DNA from: a virus
Lineage: Duplodnaviria > Caudoviricetes
DNA length: 25,967 nt
Direction: 5' to 3' (one strand)
Virus record (IMG/VR): IMGVR_UViG_3300025723_000898
Span: 1-25,967 of that record
Shown one piece after another: positions 8,465 to 16,805 of this stretch. The notes beneath the pieces were generated by a model. It saw only the letters and a list, made by a program, of their open reading frames with translations. It was not told the origin of the DNA and ran no database searches. Within the stretch, counting starts at the first letter, position 1. Each line of letters begins with the position of its first letter. Both the position numbers and the translations under genes were made by a program.

Positions 8465-11131
8465 ATGAGCTACGTAGATGCGTTATACGATAGAGATAAT
8501 GATCAAGTTAAAGTAGTTGAACGTGTAAACGGAAAACGGCAATATAAAGAATATCCAGCAAAATATGTGATATATTATCCGGATCCTAAGGGCAAACACG
8601 AAAGTGTTTATGGTGAAAAGCTCAGCAAGATTGTAGCACGTAATCAAAAAGATTTCCATAAAGAACTTAAAATACATAGCGGAAAAAGACTGTATGAAAC
8701 AGATATCAATCCAGCATTCCGCTGTTTAGAGGAGAACTATCTAAATCTAGATGCTCCAAAATTAAATATAGCGTTCTTCGATATCGAAACAGACTTTGAT
8801 CCAGAAAGAGGATTCGCCGATCCAAGCGATCCATTTATGGGCATCACTGCTATTAGTATACATCTCAAATGGTTGAATAGATTAGTAACACTTGCTGTAC
8901 CTCCAAAGGGACTCAAGATAGATGAGGCTAAAAAACTATGTGAAGAGTTTACCGACTGTTTCCTTTTTGAAGAGGAAACTGATATGCTAGAAACTTTCCT
9001 AGATCTAATCGAAGATGCTGATATCCTCAGCGGATGGAATAGTGAAGGTTACGATATTCCCTATACTGTTAATAGAGTCGCTAGAATATTAAGCAAGGAT
9101 GATACAAGACGATTCTGTTTATGGAATCAATATCCAAAGAAACGAGAGTTTGAAAAATATGGACGACAGCTAATCACATACGATTTAGTTGGCAGAGTCC
9201 ATCTTGATAGTTTAGAGCTTTATCGCAAATATACTTACGAAGAAAGACATACTTATCGACTTGATGCTATTGGTGAAACGGAGATCGGCGAAAAGAAAAC
9301 CGTCTATGAAGGCACACTCGATAGTTTATACAACAATGATTTTCGTAAGTTTATTGAATATAACAGACAAGATACTGCACTGTTAAACAAACTAGATGAT
9401 AAGCTAAAGTTTATTGATCTTTCTAACGAACTTGCTCATGCAAATACGGTTTTACTACAGACTACAATGGGCGCTGTTGCTGTTACCGAGCAAGCAATCA
9501 TTAATGAAGCACATCGCAGGGGATTAGTTGTACCAAATAGACCCAAACGAAATGACGACGAAAATACGCAAGCAGCAGGTGCATATGTAGCTTATCCAAA
9601 AAAAGGTCTACATGATTGGATCGGTTCAATGGATTTGAATTCTCTATATCCGTCAGCTATTAGAGCACTTAACATGGCGCCTGAAACCATTGTCGGACAG
9701 TTACGTCCAACATATACAGATGCATATATCGAAGAACAGATGTCTGTATATAAAAAGAGTTTTGCAGGTGCTTGGGAAGGAATGTTTGCCTGTTTAGAAT
9801 ACGATTTAGTAATGAAACAAGATAGGGCTACTGATGTTACGATAGATTGGGCTAATGGTGAAAATGTCGTAATGAGTGGTGCTGAAATCTATAAAATGGT
9901 CTATGATAGCAATCAACCGTGGATGTTAAGTGCTAACGGTACTATCTTTACTCATGAATTTGAAGGAGTTATTCCCGGATTGCTCAAGAGGTGGTACGCC
10001 GAACGTAAAGAGCTCCAAGCAAAGATGCGCGAATCTCTCAATGCAGGAAATAAAATTGAAACAGAGTTTTGGGATAAGAGACAGCTAGTTAAGAAGATTA
10101 ATCTAAACAGCTTGTATGGAGCTATCTTAAATCCAGGTTGTAGATTCTTTGATAAACGTATTGGTCAGTCAACTACGCTAACTGGTCGTGCTATTGCAAA
10201 ACACATGGCGAGCAAAGTGAATGAGATCATCACAGGAGAATATGACCATATTGGTAAGAGTATCATTTATGGTGATACTGATTCTGTTTATTTTTCAGCA
10301 TATACTACTCTAAAGAAAGATATTAACAAAGGCGTGATACCTTGGACTAGAGATAATATTATACAGCTATATGATCAGATTGCAGAAGAAGTTAATGGAA
10401 CATTCGTTAAGTTTATGTTAGATGCGTTCCATTGTCCTAAATCACGTGGCGAAGTTATCAAGGCGGGTAGAGAAATCGTAGCAAACAAAGGTCTTTTTAT
10501 TACCAAGAAAAGATATGCAGTTTCGTATTTTGATAAGGAAGGCAAAAGATACGATAAGGATAACGAAGGTGGAAAGATCAAAGCAATGGGCTTAGATCTA
10601 AAACGATCTGATACTCCAGAGTTTATCCAAAACTTCTTAAGCGATATCTTAAAAATGGTGCTAGATGGCAAGGAAGAAAAAGAAGTACTAGATTTCATTA
10701 CAGATTTCCGCACAATCTTTAAAAGTCGTCCTGGATGGGAAAAAGGCTCTCCAAAGAGAGCAAACAATATTACCGAATATATGCGTAAAGAAACTAAAGC
10801 AGGTAAGGCAAATATGCCTGGACATGTTAGAGCTAGTATTAACTGGAATACACTTAAACGCATGTATGGCGATAACTATGCGCAAACTATCAGTGATGGT
10901 GCTAAAGTTATCGTATGTAAACTTAAGAATAATCCGATGGGGTTCACAAGTGTGGCATATCCTGTTGATGAGTTACGCTTGCCGCAATGGTTTAAAGATC
11001 TTCCTTTCGATGATGCTGAAATGGAAGCAACAATCATTGATGCTAAACTGGAAAATCTAATAAGCGTCCTTGAATGGGATATTGTTGGTACAGAACAAAC
11101 AAATACATTCAATAAACTTTTTGAGTTTTAA
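8465..11131 (+). CDS. polB: Family B DNA polymerase with 3'-5' exonuclease
   Basis: ExoI FDIETD, ExoII GWNSEGYDIPY, ExoIII YNRQD; polymerase motifs DLNSLYPS, KKINLNSLYG, YGDTDS. Start at ATG 8465 after SD AAGGAG. Hydrophobic C-tail FNKLFEF resembles a clamp-binding peptide. Confidence 0.97.
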   Translation: MSYVDALYDRDNDQVKVVERVNGKRQYKEYPAKYVIYYPDPKGKHESVYGEKLSKIVARNQKDFHKELKIHSGKRLYETDINPAFRCLEENYLNLDAPKLNIAFFDIETDFDPERGFADPSDPFMGITAISIHLKWLNRLVTLAVPPKGLKIDEAKKLCEEFTDCFLFEEETDMLETFLDLIEDADILSGWNSEGYDIPYTVNRVARILSKDDTRRFCLWNQYPKKREFEKYGRQLITYDLVGRVHLDSLELYRKYTYEERHTYRLDAIGETEIGEKKTVYEGTLDSLYNNDFRKFIEYNRQDTALLNKLDDKLKFIDLSNELAHANTVLLQTTMGAVAVTEQAIINEAHRRGLVVPNRPKRNDDENTQAAGAYVAYPKKGLHDWIGSMDLNSLYPSAIRALNMAPETIVGQLRPTYTDAYIEEQMSVYKKSFAGAWEGMFACLEYDLVMKQDRATDVTIDWANGENVVMSGAEIYKMVYDSNQPWMLSANGTIFTHEFEGVIPGLLKRWYAERKELQAKMRESLNAGNKIETEFWDKRQLVKKINLNSLYGAILNPGCRFFDKRIGQSTTLTGRAIAKHMASKVNEIITGEYDHIGKSIIYGDTDSVYFSAYTTLKKDINKGVIPWTRDNIIQLYDQIAEEVNGTFVKFMLDAFHCPKSRGEVIKAGREIVANKGLFITKKRYAVSYFDKEGKRYDKDNEGGKIKAMGLDLKRSDTPEFIQNFLSDILKMVLDGKEEKEVLDFITDFRTIFKSRPGWEKGSPKRANNITEYMRKETKAGKANMPGHVRASINWNTLKRMYGDNYAQTISDGAKVIVCKLKNNPMGFTSVAYPVDELRLPQWFKDLPFDDAEMEATIIDAKLENLISVLEWDIVGTEQTNTFNKLFEF

Positions 11132-11134
11132 AAA

Positions 11135-11932
11135 ATGAAAATATTAGTAACCGGGCATTGTGGATTTATTGGTAGTCGTTTATATCAAAAACTAATAAAT
11201 GAAGGGCATAGTGTTATTGGAATAGATTTACTAAATCATAGTAACTTACTCGAATGTCCTTTAGATTTTGACGTTGATGTAGTTATACACTTAGCAGGTA
11301 AAAGCGGTGTTCGAGATAGTTTACTTGATCCGGGATCTTATTGGATAAACAATGTAGAAACCAGTCGAAGGATATTTAATGCATTTCCCCATACTAGAAT
11401 ATTATACGCAAGCAGTAGCACAGTATATGAGCCAAACTTAAATGCATATGCTAATTCAAAACGTGTAATAGAAGAAATAGCTACTCATAATAGCCTGGGA
11501 CTTAGATTCCATACGGTTTATAGTGATACTTCTAGGACAGGTATGTTTATAGATAAACTTATAAATGGTAAACTAGAATACGTAACTAATCATTCTAGAG
11601 ATTTTATACATCTCGAAGATGTTTGCGATGCTATAATCAAACTATTAGGATATAGTATTAAAGGCACGATTGATATAGGTACTGGTGAAAGTATTCCTAT
11701 TTTAGAACTAGCTCCTGAAGGATTACCTATATTAGCAGATACTCCCGGCGAGAGGATCTGTACTAAAGCTAATATAAAAATATTAGAAAGTATAGGATTC
11801 AAACCTAAATATTCAATAAGAAAGTTCTTGAAAAACCTAAATAGATCAAGTATAATGAACATATATGGAGAATCAAATGAAAGACATTCTGAAGGACTTA
11901 GTAGCACACACACACGCATTGGGATTTATTGA
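11135..11932 (+). CDS. NAD-dependent epimerase/dehydratase (extended SDR)
   Basis: KILVTGHCGFIG Rossmann motif, VIHLAG, YASSS, catalytic YANSK (YxxxK), RDFIHLED. The C-terminus runs through the next promoter and gene start. Confidence 0.9.
   Translation: MKILVTGHCGFIGSRLYQKLINEGHSVIGIDLLNHSNLLECPLDFDVDVVIHLAGKSGVRDSLLDPGSYWINNVETSRRIFNAFPHTRILYASSSTVYEPNLNAYANSKRVIEEIATHNSLGLRFHTVYSDTSRTGMFIDKLINGKLEYVTNHSRDFIHLEDVCDAIIKLLGYSIKGTIDIGTGESIPILELAPEGLPILADTPGERICTKANIKILESIGFKPKYSIRKFLKNLNRSSIMNIYGESNERHSEGLSSTHTRIGIY
11828..11856 (+). promoter_or_regulatory. Sigma70-type promoter TTGAAA-N17-TATAAT with CTAAATA inside the spacer
   Basis: -35 at 11828-11833, -10 at 11851-11856, SD GGAG at 11867-11870, ATG at 11877. 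Confidence 0.7.
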
Positions 11933-12608
11933 CTTAGTTAAGGTTACAGGTGATGATGATAAGACTGTCATTGAAGCTATGCCTGAAAACAGGACTGTTA
12001 TTTTGCAGGCAGAAACAATCAATCCTGTCAAGGAGTTTAAGGGAACATTTGGGTTACCAAATCTTAATAAGTTAGACCTTCATCTAAAGAATCCTGAATA
12101 CAAGGAAGGTGAAGAGATACGTGTAGTTTGGGAAGTTAGAAATAACGAAAATCGTCCAGTAATGATTCACTTTGAAAATGCTACAGGTGATTTCAAGAAT
12201 GATTACAAGCTTATGGGTGTAGAGCTAATCAATGAAAAGCTAAAGACTTTTAAGTTTAAGGGATCTGGATGGCAGGTAGAGTTTGATCCGAATATTAACA
12301 GTATTAATCGACTTAAGCTCCAGCAGGCAGCACATAGTGAAGAAACTGTTTTCTTAGTAAAGACTGACAGTGATTCTTTAAAGATTTTCTTTGGTGATGC
12401 TAATACACATGAAGGTAGTTTTACTTTCCAAACAGGTATCACCGGTAAGCTAAGACAAGCTTGGAGCTATCCCGTCGCACATTTTATTAGCATCTTAAAT
12501 CTAAGCGGGGATAAGACTGTTAAGTTTAGCGACGAAGGTGTAGCATTAGTTACTGTTAATAGCGGTATTGCCAAGTACAACTATTATATCCCAGCGATGA
12601 CAAAATGA
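11877..12608 (+). CDS. Probable DNA polymerase sliding clamp (gp45/PCNA-like)
   Basis: About 243 aa with an alternating alpha/beta pattern and C-terminal beta strand (YNYYIPA) like clamps; close to polB, whose tail resembles a clamp-binding motif. The fold is inferred, not demonstrated. Confidence 0.55.
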   Translation: MKDILKDLVAHTHALGFIDLVKVTGDDDKTVIEAMPENRTVILQAETINPVKEFKGTFGLPNLNKLDLHLKNPEYKEGEEIRVVWEVRNNENRPVMIHFENATGDFKNDYKLMGVELINEKLKTFKFKGSGWQVEFDPNINSINRLKLQQAAHSEETVFLVKTDSDSLKIFFGDANTHEGSFTFQTGITGKLRQAWSYPVAHFISILNLSGDKTVKFSDEGVALVTVNSGIAKYNYYIPAMTK

Positions 12609-12802
12609 CCGACGAAGAATATCAACATAAGAATATCAAACGACTTACTGATCATCTCTTAAAGAAGATCGATGAGATGAATGATATTCTTAAAGAAATG
12701 CGAGAAGCAAATGTTTGGGCTTCTATAGATTATAAGAATGGTTTTATTGAGATTGATGAAATTAAACAATCTGTGATATACCATACTAAGAAACCTAAAT
12801 AA
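12605..12802 (+). CDS. Hypothetical protein (65 aa)
   Basis: ATGA overlap with the upstream gene; fills the gap. Confidence 0.7.
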   Translation: MTDEEYQHKNIKRLTDHLLKKIDEMNDILKEMREANVWASIDYKNGFIEIDEIKQSVIYHTKKPK

Positions 12803-12811
12803 AGGATGATT

Positions 12812-14359
12812 ATGAACGAAAATCTTACAGCAGTACAAAATGATTATGCGACCTTCCTTCCGGCAGTAAGTTCGTTCTATTCAACATTTATCGGAAAGCA
12901 ACGATTCGGAAACTATGTTGATCCAAATCGTTTACCTGCAGGATTTACCAATGGGATCGAAGGATTAAACTTCTTCGATCCTGAAAAAGGTTACTTTTAT
13001 TATAAATGGGGATTGTACTCAGCAGGTCATGCTGATATCGATATGAATCGTATTAGTGAAAAAGATGATATGTTTCGTAGTCGTCCACGAAACGGTGATA
13101 GTATCGTTGTTGGCGACTCTGGAGGCTTCCAGATCGGTAAAGGCGTATGGGAAGGTGATTGGAAAGATCCTAACTGTCCAAAAGCTATGAAAAAGCGTAG
13201 CCAAGTTTTATCTTGGATGGACGGCATCATGGATTGGGGTATGTGTTTAGATATTCCGGCATGGGTAGCTCGTAGTCCAGAAGGTATGAAAGCTACAGGT
13301 ATCTCAAGTTATGCAGAAGCAGTTAATGCTACATTTATTAATAATGATTATTTTATCAATAATCGCAACGGCAACTGTAAGTTTCTAAATGTGTTACAGG
13401 GAGAAAATCATACTGAAGCTGATGATTGGTATCAGCGTATGAAGAAGTATTGTGATCCAAAACAATATTCAAATCACTTTAATGGATGGTCTATGGGAGG
13501 CCAAAATATGTGCGATGTACATTTAACATTAAAGATGCTTGTTAATATGCGATTCGATGGATTGCTCGAATCAGGAAAACAAGATTGGATACATTTTCTA
13601 GGTACAAGCAAGCTGGAGTGGGCTTGTTTGCTTACAGATATACAACGTGCTGTACGTAAATACCACAATCCAACACTTACTGTTAGTTTTGACTGTGCGA
13701 GTCCGTTCCTTGCTACTGCTAACGGACAGATCTATACACAAAATGAAATATCCCATATGAAAAAGTGGACTTATCGAATGGAAGCTAGTGTTGATAATAA
13801 AAAATATTCACTAGATACTCGTGCATTTAGTGATGCTGTAAATCAAGACAACATCTTTAAAAAGAGCAGTATGTTTAATGACAGCCCTATTAGCGCCCGT
13901 TGCATGGTTAAAGATGTTTGTATCTACAAGCCAGGCGATCTAAATAAAAATGGTAAAGAAGGAAGAACCAGTTGGGATAGTTTTAGCTATGCTATCCAGA
14001 TGGGACATAATGTTTGGATGCATATCAATGCTGTACAAGAAGCTAATAGACAATACGATCAAGGTATTATTCCAAACATGATGGCATTTGATACAGTTTA
14101 TGATCGTAAGTATTTTCGAGATGTAGTTGAACGTATTTTTGAAACAGATGATAAGGATGTTGCATTAAAAATCATCGAAGACTTTAATAAGTTTTGGATT
14201 AGTGTTATCGGAACAAGAGGTGCGACAGGTAAGAAAACCGTCAATAGTTCTACATACGTTAGCAAGAACTTTGACATTATTGATAACGAAATCCATCAAA
14301 GAGATGATAGTGGGTTAGATGGATCTAAGTTAGAGGAGTTAGAAGATGGCCAATCGTGA
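12812..14359 (+). CDS. dpdA: TGT-superfamily DNA guanine transglycosylase (DpdA, probably DpdA2-like)
   Basis: TGT motifs GDSGGFQ, LDIP, LNVLQG, GWSMGG, IHFLG, SFDCASP and late HN; clustered with folE, queE and a QueD-like gene. ATG 12812 chosen from SD AAGGA spacing. Confidence 0.85.
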   Translation: MNENLTAVQNDYATFLPAVSSFYSTFIGKQRFGNYVDPNRLPAGFTNGIEGLNFFDPEKGYFYYKWGLYSAGHADIDMNRISEKDDMFRSRPRNGDSIVVGDSGGFQIGKGVWEGDWKDPNCPKAMKKRSQVLSWMDGIMDWGMCLDIPAWVARSPEGMKATGISSYAEAVNATFINNDYFINNRNGNCKFLNVLQGENHTEADDWYQRMKKYCDPKQYSNHFNGWSMGGQNMCDVHLTLKMLVNMRFDGLLESGKQDWIHFLGTSKLEWACLLTDIQRAVRKYHNPTLTVSFDCASPFLATANGQIYTQNEISHMKKWTYRMEASVDNKKYSLDTRAFSDAVNQDNIFKKSSMFNDSPISARCMVKDVCIYKPGDLNKNGKEGRTSWDSFSYAIQMGHNVWMHINAVQEANRQYDQGIIPNMMAFDTVYDRKYFRDVVERIFETDDKDVALKIIEDFNKFWISVIGTRGATGKKTVNSSTYVSKNFDIIDNEIHQRDDSGLDGSKLEELEDGQS

Positions 14360-14561
14360 AAAACTAATATCACATTATAAGAAACTTAAAGACAAACACG
14401 AAACACTTGACAAGCAAATACATGAAGCTTATAATAAACATACTGACGATTTATTATTACAAGAGATGAAGCTATCAAAACTACATCTCAAAGAAGAAAT
14501 GAGTCGTGTTGAACAACAGCTTGGAATGGAAGATGGAAAGAGTATACCAATCAGGTATTAA
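14346..14561 (+). CDS. YdcH/DUF465-like small coiled-coil protein
   Basis: Pattern LKDKHETLDKQI...LQEMKLSKLHLKEEM typical of DUF465. Confidence 0.7.
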   Translation: MANREKLISHYKKLKDKHETLDKQIHEAYNKHTDDLLLQEMKLSKLHLKEEMSRVEQQLGMEDGKSIPIRY

Positions 14562-15054
14562 AAATAATGTAAAGTTTTTTGTCGGTGACGAAATCGAGCA
14601 TACTCCTGCTTTTAAAAAGAGAACATTGTTTATCGTAGGGTTAGAGGATGTAGAGAAGATTTCTGATCTAGCCAAGAAATACAACTGTACTCATATTTAC
14701 ATCGGTGCTAATCAAAGTTTTGTTTTTGATACAAATACTATTGAAGCTTGGGATCTAATGGTTATTGGCTTATTAAAGTTAGATTATTGGGTCACGTGGG
14801 ATTTTGATATTAGAGATTATGAAAATATTACAGATTCTATGGTATGGACTTGTGAATATGATAGATTTATTCCGCAAATATCTATTAAGATTCCCTATAT
14901 CGCAAATCTAAACTATAATGCTACTATAAAGATTGATGATAATGATTTCCGTTCAACAAATCCTGGAGTATGGGTACATACTTTACATGATTTAATGGAT
15001 CGTAAAAAGTTTACAGATTGGTCACAATACAGCAATGATACAACAATAGGCTAA
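14533..15054 (+). CDS. Hypothetical alpha/beta protein within the modification cluster (173 aa)
   Basis: Enzyme-like sequence (GDEIEHTP, HIYIGANQSF, KIDD, NPGVW); no recognisable family. Start ATG 14533. Confidence 0.75.
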   Translation: MERVYQSGIKNNVKFFVGDEIEHTPAFKKRTLFIVGLEDVEKISDLAKKYNCTHIYIGANQSFVFDTNTIEAWDLMVIGLLKLDYWVTWDFDIRDYENITDSMVWTCEYDRFIPQISIKIPYIANLNYNATIKIDDNDFRSTNPGVWVHTLHDLMDRKKFTDWSQYSNDTTIG

Positions 15055-15065
15055 AGGAAAAGGCA

Positions 15066-15368
15066 ATGGAAGATAAAACTGAAACTATCTATATTGGCTG
15101 TCAATGCCACTCACCATTCCACATAGTACGGGTAACTTTGTGGGATTGGAAGGGCAAAGAACCTCCAGAACTATATTTTGAACTACAAGCAGATCGCTGT
15201 TTAGGCTTTTGGAAAAGGCTAAAGGCAGCAACGCTATATCTATTTGGTGGTGAAAATCTAGGCTGGCACGATGTTATTCCAGATCATAAAAATATTATGG
15301 ATCTACGTCGTGTTATTGACAACTATTGCGAAACGTATAAAATATACGAAGATAAGGAAAAGGAATAA
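15066..15368 (+). CDS. Hypothetical protein with CxCH...H motif (100 aa)
   Basis: Purine-rich SD; GCQCHSPFH is a possible metal site. Confidence 0.7.
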   Translation: MEDKTETIYIGCQCHSPFHIVRVTLWDWKGKEPPELYFELQADRCLGFWKRLKAATLYLFGGENLGWHDVIPDHKNIMDLRRVIDNYCETYKIYEDKEKE

Positions 15369-15751
15369 TGGCAAATAGTTCTATGATTTGGGTTACATTC
15401 ACACAAGAAGGTGTGCATCGTTATCCGGCAGCAATCGATGATCCTAAACTAGCAACAGGCTCTTGGGATGATGTTAGTTTCCTAGGTGTTCCCCATCGTC
15501 ATATCTTCCATTTTAAGGTTTATCTTGAAGTATTCCATGATGATAGAGATGTAGAATTCATCCAGTTTAAACGCTGGATGCAGCGGCTTTATAGCGTTGA
15601 TGCTGTAATCAATCTTGATTACAAGAGCTGCGAGATGATCGCTGATGAACTGTACGAACAGATCATCAATAAGTATCCCGATCGCGAAGTTTGGATTGAA
15701 GTTAGCGAAGACGGTGAAAATGGTTGTCTTAACAAGTACCCTAAAAACTAA
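15368..15751 (+). CDS. QueD/PTPS-like T-fold protein with LxxxHRHxF motif (DpdL-type candidate)
   Basis: EGVHRY, FLGVPHRHIFHF, SCEMIA and EVSEDGENG match the PTPS/QueD layout, but the catalytic CxxxHGH is replaced by LGVPHRH. Confidence 0.75.
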   Translation: MANSSMIWVTFTQEGVHRYPAAIDDPKLATGSWDDVSFLGVPHRHIFHFKVYLEVFHDDRDVEFIQFKRWMQRLYSVDAVINLDYKSCEMIADELYEQIINKYPDREVWIEVSEDGENGCLNKYPKN

Positions 15752-15761
15752 GGAAAATAAA

Positions 15762-15977
15762 ATGGCTATTAAGTATCCCGAGATTAATAAGATTTTCGAC
15801 GACCTAGATACATATCGCAATTTCTGTAAGGAGTTTGGATATGTTTTTAATGAAGCACATCTTTACGATGCTCGTACCCCTTGGGGTCAGTTTGATCGAT
15901 ATAAGAGAGGTCAGCGTGTAGTTAATAACTGGAAGGAAGATAGGAGAGCGTTTCTTGCCAATCAGCGATCCAACTAA
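15762..15977 (+). CDS. Hypothetical protein (71 aa)
   Basis: SD AAGGA then ATG 15762; IFDDLDTYRNFCKEFGYVFNEAHLY looks like a conserved small phage domain. Confidence 0.75.
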   Translation: MAIKYPEINKIFDDLDTYRNFCKEFGYVFNEAHLYDARTPWGQFDRYKRGQRVVNNWKEDRRAFLANQRSN

Positions 15978-16158
15978 AAACTGGACAGTACAAGTAGAAC
16001 AGGATCCAGAGACGGGAGAACTTATTCTCCCATTTCCTGTTGATTTGCTTAGTCAAATGGGATGGAGTGAAGGTACCGATCTGTCATGGATAGACAACGG
16101 TAATGGTAGTTACACTATTACCGAGAAGAAAGAAGAGAAGACAGATGATAAATTGTAA
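15955..16158 (+). CDS. AbrB/MazE/SpoVT-like swapped-hairpin DNA-binding protein
   Basis: TTG start after AGGAG; GELILPFPVDLLSQMGWSEGTDLSW fits the AbrB-fold pattern. Confidence 0.65.
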   Translation: MPISDPTKNWTVQVEQDPETGELILPFPVDLLSQMGWSEGTDLSWIDNGNGSYTITEKKEEKTDDKL

Positions 16159-16804
16159 TCCTATAAGTTTTACAAACTACGGTGCTCTTCTAGCAAGAGT
16201 ACCAGATAATGTATTTGCTATTTTAAAAAATGAAATTAATGAAATACGTGAAAATATAAATTCTGATGATTATAAGAAAGCTAATAGAGATTTAGCAGGC
16301 AATATAGAAAAAGAATTCTATTTAAAAAAATCTATGGATAGTATGGAACCAGTCGTTCTAGATATAGCAGAACAATATATCAAATATTTTGATTTTAATA
16401 AAAAAATACCTAATATTTCAGGAATAACTTCAACACAAGAATACAAGTTAGGCGATCTATGGGTTAACTTCCAGAAGAAACATGAGTTTAATCCACTGCA
16501 TTGGCATAGTGGTATCTTTAGTTTTGTTATATGGGTTAATATACCCTATGATATTAAAGAAGAATTGTCGTTAGATAACTCAAAAAATTCTAATATTCCA
16601 ATGACTACTGCATTTAACTTCGTATATACTGATGTATTGGGAGAGATGCAAGTACATGCTATGTTTGCGGAAAAGATGCACGAAGGAGGATTATTATTCT
16701 TTCCTGCAAAACTTAATCATCAAGTGTGGCCATTTTATACATCAGAAGATTATCGTATCACTGTATCAGGTAATATATTTTTAAAGGAAAAGGAAAACAA
16801 ATAA
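16145..16804 (+). CDS. Putative 2OG-Fe(II) oxygenase
   Basis: WVNFQ, NPLHWH, FFPAKLNHQVWPF and RITVSGN motifs of the phage-associated 2OG-Fe(II) family. Start ATG 16145. Confidence 0.8.
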   Translation: MINCNPISFTNYGALLARVPDNVFAILKNEINEIRENINSDDYKKANRDLAGNIEKEFYLKKSMDSMEPVVLDIAEQYIKYFDFNKKIPNISGITSTQEYKLGDLWVNFQKKHEFNPLHWHSGIFSFVIWVNIPYDIKEELSLDNSKNSNIPMTTAFNFVYTDVLGEMQVHAMFAEKMHEGGLLFFPAKLNHQVWPFYTSEDYRITVSGNIFLKEKENK

Positions 16805-16805
16805 G

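Noticed and set aside
8465-11131. Intein or intron in the DNA polymerase
   Set aside because: The ORF is continuous and of normal length, with no splice-junction or homing endonuclease motifs. The extra segment after motif A has no intein features.
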